Shown: positions 9,187 to 16,916, counted from the first letter of the stretch. The stretch is 58,279 bases of DNA from Candidatus Scatovivens sp. (GCA_045613965.1 JAZLBY010000065.1:1-58279), one strand, 5' to 3'. The notes: generated from the letters alone by a model not told the origin. Made by a program: numbers and translations.

Positions 9187-10362
9187 ATGATTAAAAGAGC
9201 AGTTATTATAGTATTAGATAGTTTCGGTGTTGGAGAAGCACCAGATGCGGCTGAATACGGAGATGTTGGAAGTAACACAATAGAAGGTATTTATAATAAT
9301 ACTACTATGAATCTTCCTAATTTAAGAAAACTTGGACTTTACAACATTGATGGTTTAAACATTAATGAAAAAGAGGATATGCCAATTGGTGTATATGGTA
9401 AAGCTGCAGAAAAAACAAAAGGAAAAAACAGTCCTGTTGGACATTGGGAAATTGCTGGTTTTATTAAAGACGAACCATTCAAAACATACTATGAAGGATT
9501 TCCACAAGAACTTTTAGATGAAGTTGCAAAAAGAGGAAATATTCCAGGATTTATATGTAACGAAAAAGGTTCAGGTACATATTTCTTAGAGAAATACGGA
9601 GAAGAATCAATAAAAACAGGTAAACCAATCGTTTATACATCTGCTGATAGTGTATTCCAAATTGCTGCTCATACAGATATGATGCCAGTTCCTGTATTAC
9701 ATAATCTATGTAAGATTGCAAGAGAAACTATAGATGAACTTGGATACGGTATTGGTACTGTTATAGCAAGACCATTTGTTGGAACATGTGGAAGTGATTT
9801 TACTAGAACATATGATAGAAAAGATTGGGAAGCAGAAGACTTTGGTAAAACAATGCTTGATGCATTCCAAGAAAATAATAAAAAAGTTTTAGCTATTGGT
9901 AAAATTGAAGATTTATTCTCAGGAAGAGGAATCAATAGAGCTATTCATACTAATGGAAATGCTGATGGAATTGAAAAAACTATTGATGCAATAAAAAATG
10001 CTGAAGAAGATATGATATTTACTAACTTAGTTGATTTCGATATGTTATATGGACATAGAAATAACATTGAAGGATATGCTAAAGCTTTAGAAGAATTTGA
10101 TAAAAAATTACCTGAAATAATGTCAGCTTTAAATGATGATGATATTTTAATTTTAACAGCTGATCATGGTAATGATCCAAGTACTCCAAGTACAGATCAT
10201 TCTAGAGAATATATTCCAATTTTAGCATATGGTAGAAATTTAAAATCAAATGTTAATTTAGGAACAAGAGATACATTTGCAGATATATCAGCAACAATTC
10301 TTGATATATTTGGAATGGAAAAACTTGAACATGGAACAAGTTTCAAAAAAGAAATATTATAA
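9187..10362 (+). CDS. deoB: phosphopentomutase
   Basis: N-terminus MIKRAVIIVLDSFGVGEAPDAAEYGDVGSNT plus metal-site motifs LVDFDMLYGHRN and TADHGNDP. Confidence 0.95.
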   Translation: MIKRAVIIVLDSFGVGEAPDAAEYGDVGSNTIEGIYNNTTMNLPNLRKLGLYNIDGLNINEKEDMPIGVYGKAAEKTKGKNSPVGHWEIAGFIKDEPFKTYYEGFPQELLDEVAKRGNIPGFICNEKGSGTYFLEKYGEESIKTGKPIVYTSADSVFQIAAHTDMMPVPVLHNLCKIARETIDELGYGIGTVIARPFVGTCGSDFTRTYDRKDWEAEDFGKTMLDAFQENNKKVLAIGKIEDLFSGRGINRAIHTNGNADGIEKTIDAIKNAEEDMIFTNLVDFDMLYGHRNNIEGYAKALEEFDKKLPEIMSALNDDDILILTADHGNDPSTPSTDHSREYIPILAYGRNLKSNVNLGTRDTFADISATILDIFGMEKLEHGTSFKKEIL

Positions 10363-10370
10363 AAATTAAT

Positions 10371-10397
10371 GGGAAGAAAAAATCTTCCCATTTTTTA
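10371..10397 (+). terminator. intrinsic terminator after deoB
   Basis: Stem gggaaga/tcttccc is followed by aTTTTTT. Confidence 0.8.
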
Positions 10398-10406
10398 TTT
10401 TTAATA

Positions 10407-10435
10407 TGGACAACTTAAAAATTATGTGTTAAGAT
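10407..10435 (+). promoter_or_regulatory. promoter of tRNA-Leu (TGGACA-17 nt-TAAGAT with TGn)
   Basis: -35 at 10407-10412. TG at 10427-10428. -10 at 10430-10435, about 18 nt before the mature tRNA 5' end. Confidence 0.5.
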
Positions 10436-10453
10436 AATTAACGTATTAGATAT

Positions 10454-10536
10454 GCCCAAGTGGCGGAATTGGCAGACGCACACGACTCAAAATCGTGCGG
10501 GAAACCATGCGGGTTCGAGTCCCGCCTCGGGCACCA
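10454..10536 (+). tRNA. tRNA-Leu (anticodon CAA), encoded CCA end
   Basis: Cloverleaf read by hand. Acceptor gcccaag/ctcgggc has one A5:C68 mismatch. Anticodon stem cacga/tcgtg with loop cTCAAaa. There is a long variable arm. T arm gcggg-ttcgagt-cccgc, and the 3' end is acca. Confidence 0.92.
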
Positions 10537-10537
10537 A

Positions 10538-10568
10538 GAAACTGAACTTTTATAGGTTCAGTTTTTTC
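10538..10568 (+). terminator. intrinsic terminator after tRNA-Leu
   Basis: Stem actgaac/gttcagt is followed by TTTTTT. Confidence 0.8.
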
Positions 10569-10624
10569 TTTTATATTGTAATTGTTATTTGGTTATGATT
10601 TAATAATTATAGAGGTGAAATCTT

Positions 10625-11497
10625 ATGAAAAAATTCTTAGGAGCTTTATTAATTTTTTGTAGCGTTTTTAGTTTTAACAATGTATATGCATCGATTAATT
10701 ACTTTGATGCAAAAGAATTTACAATAAAAGTTAAAAATATAAATGAAAAAATTGAAAAGATAGAGCTTGTTAATTTTGAAGAATGTGAAATGGAAGAGAC
10801 TGGTTTTAATTATGAAACGACACATGAAGTAGTAGAACCATATGGAGATGGAATGATTGATCATTTAAAAGAACATGATACAGAAAATTATTTTGTTGAT
10901 CAGAAAGTTCATTATAATTATTTATCAGGAAGATTTAAAGATGATATAGAACATGCAATTGGTGGCGGCTTTTTTATGGAAGTGGCAGAAGATGGAACTA
11001 TAGATTATGATTATGCGTATGATCATATTTATAAAACTAAAGAAGATTTTGAAATTGGTTGTTCAATGGTGCTTCAACAAGGTGTTGTTTGTGCAAAAAC
11101 AACTAACTATAAATCTTATAAATTGACTCCTATAAAAGAACTTGATATATCAAATATAGAATCAAATGAATTTGTTTATAAACATGATGACATAAGAAAT
11201 TTGAAAATAGGATTGAGAATAAAAAATGAAAATAGTGAATATAAAACTTTTATAGCTCCAAGTGAATCTCATATAGGAATGTATAGATATGGAGGAAATC
11301 CTAGAATAGAAGAAGAGAAAATTATCGTTTTTGATTATTCTGGAGTATCATACGAATCAAATGTGGCTGCTTCATTTAATACTTATATAGAACCTTATGT
11401 GATAATTTATGGAAGTATAATAATTATTGTTTCAATACTTTTAATAATAATTTTTTTAATTGGTATTAATTTAAAAATGAAAAAATTAAAAAAATAA
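10625..11497 (+). CDS. hypothetical secreted protein with C-terminal membrane anchor
   Basis: RBS gaggtg upstream. Signal peptide MKKFLGALLIFCSVFSFNNVYA. C-terminal TM IIYGSIIIIVSILLIIIFLIGI followed by a basic tail. Confidence 0.65.
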   Translation: MKKFLGALLIFCSVFSFNNVYASINYFDAKEFTIKVKNINEKIEKIELVNFEECEMEETGFNYETTHEVVEPYGDGMIDHLKEHDTENYFVDQKVHYNYLSGRFKDDIEHAIGGGFFMEVAEDGTIDYDYAYDHIYKTKEDFEIGCSMVLQQGVVCAKTTNYKSYKLTPIKELDISNIESNEFVYKHDDIRNLKIGLRIKNENSEYKTFIAPSESHIGMYRYGGNPRIEEEKIIVFDYSGVSYESNVAASFNTYIEPYVIIYGSIIIIVSILLIIIFLIGINLKMKKLKK

Positions 11498-11502
11498 AAT
11501 GG

Positions 11503-11530
11503 AAAAAACCCGAGCAAGTCTCGGGTTTTG
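11503..11530. terminator. bidirectional GC-rich terminator between convergent genes
   Basis: aaaaaa-cccgag-caagt-ctcggg-tttt. Confidence 0.8.
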
Positions 11531-11544
11531 TTGTATGTGGGATA

Positions 11545-12201
11545 TTAGTATTTGGTTGTAAAGAAAGTCGTTTCTACTCCTTGATCAGTATACAGTTCAA
11601 TGCGGTATGTTACAAATTTGGCATTAGTTCCAAAATCTACTGTAACAGGTACTGCAGGAATGAAATATTGATCGTTTCCGCGATATTCACCTTCGGTCAT
11701 AAACCAGGTGTAACTTCCGGAAGTTTGATAGGAAATAGAAAGAGCTTCGTAGTTACAGTCGATAACGACAATGTAGCCATTATCACCCCAAAATACGGTT
11801 GGCTGGTTGGTTGATTTCCAATCACTAACAATCTTGTTTGTGTATGATGGTACAACTTTATTCCAGGACTCGATGTTGGGATTATAGACTGTAACAGTGG
11901 TCGATGTGAAAAAGAGTGGCAGGGTAATCCATGCTATGACAGCAAATACCAAAAAACAAATGAAGCCTGTAAGTTTTGGATGCTTTAAGGCAAAGAACTT
12001 GTTTCTGATGATTGTGCTGTGCTTGGTCTTGGTAACCTCGGGGATGAACCGTGCAAAGGGTCTTTCTTCGAACATCTTAAACCTCATTCTCCCACATGTT
12101 TGGCAGTGGGCACCATCACGAGAGTGTAGTAAGAGACGGGTAACCCACCACAGAAAAAAGAGTATAAATACTCCTAAAGATATTATATCACGGGTTGACA
12201 T
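11545..12201 (-). CDS. hypothetical two-TM membrane protein, compositionally foreign (higher G+C)
   Basis: Minus-strand ORF. I prefer the ATG at 12201 over the TTG at 12210. Two TM segments (ISLGVFILFFLWWVTRLLL, GFICFLVFAVIAWITLPLFF) flank a basic loop with HCQTCGRMR, followed by a ~125-aa beta-rich domain. 39 G+C in the 100 nt I counted (11601-11700). Confidence 0.6.
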   Translation of the reverse strand: MSTRDIISLGVFILFFLWWVTRLLLHSRDGAHCQTCGRMRFKMFEERPFARFIPEVTKTKHSTIIRNKFFALKHPKLTGFICFLVFAVIAWITLPLFFTSTTVTVYNPNIESWNKVVPSYTNKIVSDWKSTNQPTVFWGDNGYIVVIDCNYEALSISYQTSGSYTWFMTEGEYRGNDQYFIPAVPVTVDFGTNAKFVTYRIELYTDQGVETTFFTTKY

Positions 12202-12293
12202 AAAAGTCAAAAATGGTTGAATTTATAAGCTATTTATGATAATATGGATAAGCATGATAAATAAATATTTAACATGAATTGGAGGAATATCTT

Positions 12294-13076
12294 ATGAAAG
12301 AATTAGCAGTAGTAGTTCAATATGGAAACAAAGATGTAACAGTAAAAGAAACAATTGAAGCAATTAAAGAGGCAAAATTTAAAAATGTATTTGTTCAATG
12401 GTACGATAATAAAGATTGGAGCATGACTCAAGAAGAACAAGTTGAATACATTAAATCACAAGGTTTAAATATTATATTTGCTCATTTAGGATATCAAAAC
12501 ATTAATTCTATTTGGGTAGAAGGTGATGAAGGTGAAGCTCTAGTAGAAAGATATAAAAGGAATATAAGAGAATGCAAAGAAAGAGGAATAGAACTTGTAA
12601 TAATGCATTTAACAAGTAAACATGTTGCTCCAATGTATAATGAGATAGGATTAAATAGAATTAAGAAAATTACTGATTATGCAAAAGAAGTTGGAGTAAA
12701 AGTTGCTTTTGAAAATACAAAAATAAGAGGATATTTAGAATATGTTTTAGGAAATATAACAGATTCACATGTTGGAATGTGTTTTGATGCAGGACATTTT
12801 CATGCTCATTTTGATGATGATTTTAATCATGACTTTGTAAAAAATAGAATTTTTGCAGTACATCTTCATGATAATGATAAATCTGATGACCAACATTTAT
12901 TACCTTATGATGGTACAGTAAATTGGAATTTAGTTGTTGATAAATTAAAAGATTGTAATTATAATGGACCAATAACATTAGAGCTTTATTATAGAAAAGA
13001 TTATTTAAAAGATGATATAAAAACATTTTATAAAAATGGATATGAAAGAGGTCAAAAAATTGCAAAAATATATTAA
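12294..13076 (+). CDS. sugar phosphate isomerase/epimerase family (xylose isomerase-like TIM barrel) protein
   Basis: The ATG at 12294 follows RBS ggagg; the TTG at 12279 in the ORF track overlaps that RBS. Metal-site style motifs AFENT, CFDAGHFHAH, AVHLHDND, ITLE. Confidence 0.7.
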   Translation: MKELAVVVQYGNKDVTVKETIEAIKEAKFKNVFVQWYDNKDWSMTQEEQVEYIKSQGLNIIFAHLGYQNINSIWVEGDEGEALVERYKRNIRECKERGIELVIMHLTSKHVAPMYNEIGLNRIKKITDYAKEVGVKVAFENTKIRGYLEYVLGNITDSHVGMCFDAGHFHAHFDDDFNHDFVKNRIFAVHLHDNDKSDDQHLLPYDGTVNWNLVVDKLKDCNYNGPITLELYYRKDYLKDDIKTFYKNGYERGQKIAKIY

Positions 13077-13128
13077 AGTATTGAAATTAGAGGGTTTTAG
13101 ACTCTCTAATTTTTTTGTAAAAAAGTAT

Positions 13129-13157
13129 TTGTATTTTAAAAATATTAGTGCTAGAAT
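13129..13157 (+). promoter_or_regulatory. promoter upstream of the high-GC hydrolase gene (TTGTAT-17 nt-TAGAAT)
   Basis: -35 at 13129-13134. -10 at 13152-13157. It leaves a ~125-nt leader rich in self-complementary segments. Confidence 0.45.
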
Positions 13158-13288
13158 GATAATAAGGAGCACAATGTTGTGCTTTCTTACGTCGAGCAGT
13201 ACACATTTAAATGAAACAAATGTAGTTTTAATTGTGCTGCATGTCTCATTTTTCGATAGATTCATTACATTCAAGGGGGTTTTTCAGT

Positions 13289-14236
13289 ATGAAAAATGAA
13301 AAAATCACGTACAAATCAGCAGACAAAAAACACATGATCAATGCGATCGAATGGTCGCCTGACAACGGCGTAGAGCCGATAGCTGTTCTTCAGATTGCGC
13401 ATGGCATAACCGAACATATCGGAAGATATGAAGCTTTTGCAAAGTATCTGACCAGCAAGGGATTCGTTGTTGTCGCAAATGATCATCTCGGTCATGGTAT
13501 GTCGGGTGCAGCCGACAATGGACCTACCATGTATTTCGGAAAGCAAGGTAGCTGGTGGTACGTTGTGAAGGATATGAACACTCTGCTTGAGAAGACCAAG
13601 GCTAAATACCCTGATCTTCCTTACGGCATGCTAGGGTTTTCCCTGGGTTCCTATCTGGTAAGAACGTATCTGATCGATTATCCGGGCAATGTTGATGCCG
13701 CCATCATAATGGGAAGCGGCGACAAGTCTAAAGTGGAGATCGGTCTCGGCTTATTTGCTGCTTGGATTGGCAAAGTAAAAGACGGTGATGATGGAGAAAG
13801 TGATCTTATTGATGATCTTGCCTTTGGCGTCTACAATAAGCACTTTGAACCTCAGACTACCGAATTTGAATGGCTTTGCTCTAATCGTAAAGCAATCAAC
13901 CAGTATGTGGGTGACCGTTTAAGAGGCCACAATGTTACTCCGGGTCTGTTTAGAGAAATGCTCAGGGGCATGTCTTATACAGCAGAACCGAAGAATTTGG
14001 TGAAGATGTGGCGAAAGCTGCCGGTTCTTGTAATCTCTGGTGAGGAGGATCCGGTAGGTGACTTTGGTAATGCAGTCGGTAAGACTTACACCAATTTCAT
14101 TCGTGCAGGAGTACGTGATACAACCTTGGTAATGTATCCCGGACTTCGTCACGACCTGCTTCATGAAACCGAACATAAGAAGGTATACGAAGACGTGTAC
14201 AGCTGGCTCAACAGCAAACTGCTTAGAGCACGCTAA
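13289..14236 (+). CDS. alpha/beta hydrolase, lysophospholipase / monoacylglycerol lipase-like
   Basis: The ATG at 13289 follows RBS aaggggg; the 13232 start in the ORF track is an upstream extension. Motifs HGITEHIGRYE, nucleophile elbow GFSLGS, C-terminal RHDLLHE. 50 G+C in the 100 nt I counted (13501-13600). Confidence 0.8.
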   Translation: MKNEKITYKSADKKHMINAIEWSPDNGVEPIAVLQIAHGITEHIGRYEAFAKYLTSKGFVVVANDHLGHGMSGAADNGPTMYFGKQGSWWYVVKDMNTLLEKTKAKYPDLPYGMLGFSLGSYLVRTYLIDYPGNVDAAIIMGSGDKSKVEIGLGLFAAWIGKVKDGDDGESDLIDDLAFGVYNKHFEPQTTEFEWLCSNRKAINQYVGDRLRGHNVTPGLFREMLRGMSYTAEPKNLVKMWRKLPVLVISGEEDPVGDFGNAVGKTYTNFIRAGVRDTTLVMYPGLRHDLLHETEHKKVYEDVYSWLNSKLLRAR

Positions 14237-14254
14237 GAAAGAGACAAAAGACTT

Positions 14255-14288
14255 GGGTGGCATGTTACGGCCACCCTTCATTTTTTTA
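14255..14288 (+). terminator. GC-rich intrinsic terminator after the hydrolase gene
   Basis: Stem gggtggc/gccaccc is followed by ttcaTTTTTTTT. Confidence 0.8.
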
Positions 14289-14364
14289 AACTGGATAGTC
14301 AGTGTGATTGAATTAAAGTAGAATTTATGATAATATAATTAAAATAAATTTTGGAGGATATAAC

Positions 14365-14784
14365 GTGGAAGTAGTAACAAAAATAATACCTAGATATGCA
14401 GAAACTGATCAAATGGGAATAATACATCATTCAGTATATGCTGTATGGTATGAACAAGCTAGAACAGAATATTTTACAAAAGTTGGAATGAAATATGATG
14501 AAATTGAAGCAAGTGGTTTAATGACACCTCTTGTTGAACTTAATTGTAAATATAAAAGACCAGCTTATTATAATCAAGAAGTAGAAGTTAGAACTAAACT
14601 TGTAGAATTATCTCCTGCAAAATTTACTGTGGAATATAATATTTATGATAAAGATGGAGTACTTTTGAATATAGGAAGAACAACACTTGCTTGGGCAAAT
14701 AAGGAAACATTTAGAGTTGTTAATTTGAAAAAAGAAAGACCAGAAATGTATAAAATGATGGAAGATCTTTTAGAAAGTGAATAA
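14365..14784 (+). CDS. acyl-CoA thioesterase, 4HBT (YbgC-like) hotdog fold
   Basis: GTG start after RBS ggagga. N-terminal IPRYAETDQMGIIHHSVYAVWYEQARTEYF is typical of the 4HBT family. Confidence 0.8.
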   Translation: MEVVTKIIPRYAETDQMGIIHHSVYAVWYEQARTEYFTKVGMKYDEIEASGLMTPLVELNCKYKRPAYYNQEVEVRTKLVELSPAKFTVEYNIYDKDGVLLNIGRTTLAWANKETFRVVNLKKERPEMYKMMEDLLESE

Positions 14785-14793
14785 TAATAATTT

Positions 14794-14828
14794 TTAGCTA
14801 GTTTCTTAATGAAGCTAGCTAATTTTTT
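14794..14828 (+). terminator. intrinsic terminator after the thioesterase gene
   Basis: Stem ttagctag/ctagctaa is followed by TTTTTT. Confidence 0.7.
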
Positions 14829-14833
14829 ATAGG

Positions 14834-14857
14834 CTATTTAGAAAAAAATCTAAATAG
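14834..14857 (+). promoter_or_regulatory. perfect 9-bp inverted repeat CTATTTAGA-N6-TCTAAATAG abutting the -35 (candidate SdpR/ArsR operator)
   Basis: The two arms are exact reverse complements. The repeat ends 3 nt before the -35 hexamer. Confidence 0.5.
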
Positions 14858-14860
14858 TTG

Positions 14861-14889
14861 TTGACTCAAAAAATGTGAAATGCTATAAT
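14861..14889 (+). promoter_or_regulatory. sdpR-sdpI promoter (TTGACT-17 nt-TATAAT)
   Basis: -35 at 14861-14866. -10 at 14884-14889. Confidence 0.65.
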
Positions 14890-14893
14890 CTAA

Positions 14894-14913
14894 TTAGAAA
14901 GATTTCTAAATAG
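14894..14913 (+). promoter_or_regulatory. second palindrome TTAGAAA-ga-TTTCTAA plus a third TCTAAATAG copy, between the -10 and the RBS (candidate operator)
   Basis: 7-bp inverted repeat at 14894-14909. TCTAAATAG at 14905-14913 is identical to the right arm of the upstream site. Confidence 0.45.
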
Positions 14914-14928
14914 TATGGAGGTATAGTT

Positions 14929-15195
14929 ATGGGAATGTCAGAAACATTAAAAGCTATTTCTGATCCTGTAAGAAGAGATATTCTAGAACTTTTAAAAGAA
15001 AAAAGAATGTCTGCTGGAGAGATAGCGGAACACTTTAATTTAACTGCAGCTACAGTTTCATATCATTTATCACAACTAAAAAAAGCTGAACTTATTGAAG
15101 AGAGTAAATGGAAAAATTATATTTATTATGAATTAAGTGTTTCAGTTTTTGAGGATGTTTTAACTTGGATTTATGGATTAGGAGGTAAAAGATAA
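14929..15195 (+). CDS. sdpR: ArsR-family autorepressor, SdpR-like
   Basis: 88 aa. Winged-helix motif ISDPVRRDILELLKEKRMSAGEIAEHFNLTAATVSYHLSQLKKAELI. Its TAA stop overlaps the next ATG (TAATG). Confidence 0.8.
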   Translation: MGMSETLKAISDPVRRDILELLKEKRMSAGEIAEHFNLTAATVSYHLSQLKKAELIEESKWKNYIYYELSVSVFEDVLTWIYGLGGKR

Positions 15196-15824
15196 TGAAA
15201 AAGAAAAAAATTGTGTGGTCAACTTTAGTGCTTACTATAGTTTTTACATTAATACCAATGGTATATGGAACATTTTTTTACAGTGATCTTCCAGAAAAAT
15301 TACCAGGTCATTTTAATTTTAAAAGTGAAGTGGATAGATATGATCCTAAATGGGTAATAATATATGTACTTCCATTAGTTATGGCTTTGCTTCAATTAAT
15401 TTGTATATTAATTAGCGATTTAACTAAAGACCCAGAAGTAAAAGAATCAAAGGTGATTAGACTATCTAAATGGGTTATTCCGATAATTTCAAATGTTGTA
15501 GTAATTTTATCAATTATGGTTGCACTTAATTACTCAGTAGATGTTGGTAAAGCAATAACAATATTTTTATCAATAGTATTTATAGTAATAGGAAACTATA
15601 CACCAAAACTACCTTATGAAGATGCGAAAAGAACAGGTAAAATAGTTCCTAAATCAGAAGAAGTATACAAGAAAATGATGATAAGATGCGGATATGCATT
15701 TGTAATTGGTGGAGTATTTTCTTTAATATCTTCATTCTTTGATCCTGTTATGACAATAGGAATAATTTTAGGAGATTGTTTAGTAATAGCTATTTATAGT
15801 ATTTATTACACATTTAAAAGATAA
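15195..15824 (+). CDS. sdpI: SdpI/YhfL-family membrane immunity/signal-transduction protein
   Basis: 209 aa and polytopic. The N-terminus has a DUF1648-like motif (LPEKLPGHFNFKSEVDRYDPKW). It is translationally coupled to sdpR. Confidence 0.7.
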   Translation: MKKKKIVWSTLVLTIVFTLIPMVYGTFFYSDLPEKLPGHFNFKSEVDRYDPKWVIIYVLPLVMALLQLICILISDLTKDPEVKESKVIRLSKWVIPIISNVVVILSIMVALNYSVDVGKAITIFLSIVFIVIGNYTPKLPYEDAKRTGKIVPKSEEVYKKMMIRCGYAFVIGGVFSLISSFFDPVMTIGIILGDCLVIAIYSIYYTFKR

Positions 15825-15843
15825 TTAATAATTTATTTTAAAG

Positions 15844-15869
15844 CAGCAATTGTAAAATTGCTGTTTTTT
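15844..15869 (+). terminator. intrinsic terminator after sdpI
   Basis: Stem cagcaatt/aattgctg with loop gtaa, followed by TTTTTT. Confidence 0.8.
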
Positions 15870-15908
15870 GTTATAATAATATTATCAAATTATAAGGAGA
15901 TAAAACTT

Positions 15909-16706
15909 ATGAGTATTATAGGAATTGATGTTGGTACATCAACAACAAAAGTTATTGAAGTAAAAGAAAATGAAATTGTTAGTAAGGCTATAATTAGAGG
16001 AAGATTTTCAAAAGAATATTTTGATGAATTTTTGAAAAATAATGAAATTATAAATGTTGAAAAAATAGTTTTTACAGGGATAGGGGCTAATAATATAAAT
16101 AAAGATGATTTTTATTATCCTGTTAATACTATAGATGAATTTGTTGGTATAGCAAAAGGTGCACTTTCTTTAATGGATAAAGAAGAAGCTTTAGTAGTAA
16201 GTGTTGGTACAGGAACAGCATTTATAGATGTTACAAAAACAGATGTTAAACATTTAGGTGGAACTGGTGTAGGTGCTGGAACTTTATTTAATTTTTCAAA
16301 AGCTTTTTTAGGAATTACAAATTTTGATGAAATGTTAGAGCTTATTGAAAAAGGTAATGTTGAAAATGTAGATTTAAGAATTAAAGATATTACAAAAGAA
16401 GAGAAATCAACTCTTCCTTTAGATTTGACTTTAGCAAATTTTGGTAAATTAAGTAAAGATTCAAAACCAGAAGATATAGCAGCTGGATTAATAAATATGG
16501 TATTTGAAATAATTGGAGTTATGGCGTCATTTAATGTTGCTAATAAAGAAAACAAGGATGTAATATTAATAGGAAATATTACTACATTACCTGGAGTAAG
16601 AGAGGTATTAGATAGATTTGAAATGCTTGGAACAAATGTTAAATTTTATGTTCCAGAAGATTCAGAGTTTTCAGTAGCATATGGTGCTGTAATAGCAAGT
16701 ATGTAA
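15909..16706 (+). CDS. coaW: type II pantothenate kinase
   Basis: The ATG at 15909 follows RBS aaggaga; the ORF-track start at 15858 lies inside the upstream terminator. ASKHA-fold motifs IGIDVGTSTTK, VSVGTGTAF, GGTGVGAGT. Confidence 0.7.
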   Translation: MSIIGIDVGTSTTKVIEVKENEIVSKAIIRGRFSKEYFDEFLKNNEIINVEKIVFTGIGANNINKDDFYYPVNTIDEFVGIAKGALSLMDKEEALVVSVGTGTAFIDVTKTDVKHLGGTGVGAGTLFNFSKAFLGITNFDEMLELIEKGNVENVDLRIKDITKEEKSTLPLDLTLANFGKLSKDSKPEDIAAGLINMVFEIIGVMASFNVANKENKDVILIGNITTLPGVREVLDRFEMLGTNVKFYVPEDSEFSVAYGAVIASM

Positions 16707-16764
16707 TTTTGATAAGTGTGTATACTCACGCATACTCATGATTAATAAAGAATAAAAGATTTTA

Positions 16765-16796
16765 AGATGTCTATTTTAAAATAGGCATCTTTTTTT
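16765..16796 (+). terminator. intrinsic terminator after the pantothenate kinase gene
   Basis: Stem agatgtctat/ataggcatct (one G-U pair) is followed by TTTTTT. Confidence 0.75.
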
Positions 16797-16916
16797 AACT
16801 CTAAAAGAATTTAATAGAGGTTGATTTAATATAGAGTTAAATGTTATAAATGAGGAGGCGCGCACTTTTTTTTTAGAAGTGTAAAAATAATTTATATTAA
16901 CAAAGGAGAAGTTTTA

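Noticed and set aside
13036-13299. 87-aa ORF spanning the end of the isomerase gene, its terminator, a promoter and the hydrolase leader.
   Set aside because: It crosses a terminator and a promoter, so it cannot be one translated unit. Only the internal ATG at 13174 (with SD-like AAGGAG 4 nt upstream) is mentioned, as a weak leader-peptide possibility.
11503-14288. Calling the GC-rich patches mobile elements or genomic islands in the strict sense.
   Set aside because: No integrase, transposase, recombinase, inverted terminal repeats or flanking direct repeats are visible. I therefore report them only as compositional anomalies.
15858-15908. Upstream start codons offered by the ORF track: 15858 for the pantothenate kinase, 12279, 13232, 17605, 31583, 37112, 38909, 41054, 56982 and 12210.
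   Set aside because: These extensions start at TTG or at weak positions, lie inside terminators or RBS sequences, or overlap the preceding gene. Downstream ATGs with proper Shine-Dalgarno spacing and family-typical N-termini were preferred.
16115-16555. Long antisense ORFs inside well-supported genes. Examples are 16115-16555, 26793-27200, 31558-32007, 5374-5685, 42881-43195, 45412-45720, 57374-57697 and 22001-22297, plus the many 60-100-aa minus-strand ORFs in the track.
   Set aside because: Each lies fully within, and opposite to, a gene with clear family motifs. They lack RBSs, and their translations are low-complexity (S/F/L/I-rich), as expected from the reverse complement of AT-rich coding DNA.
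16850-16876. Eight-codon ORF MRRRALFF in the GC-rich block upstream of the YgjV-like gene.
   Set aside because: There is no RBS upstream. The apparent ORF is just the GC block followed by a T-run.
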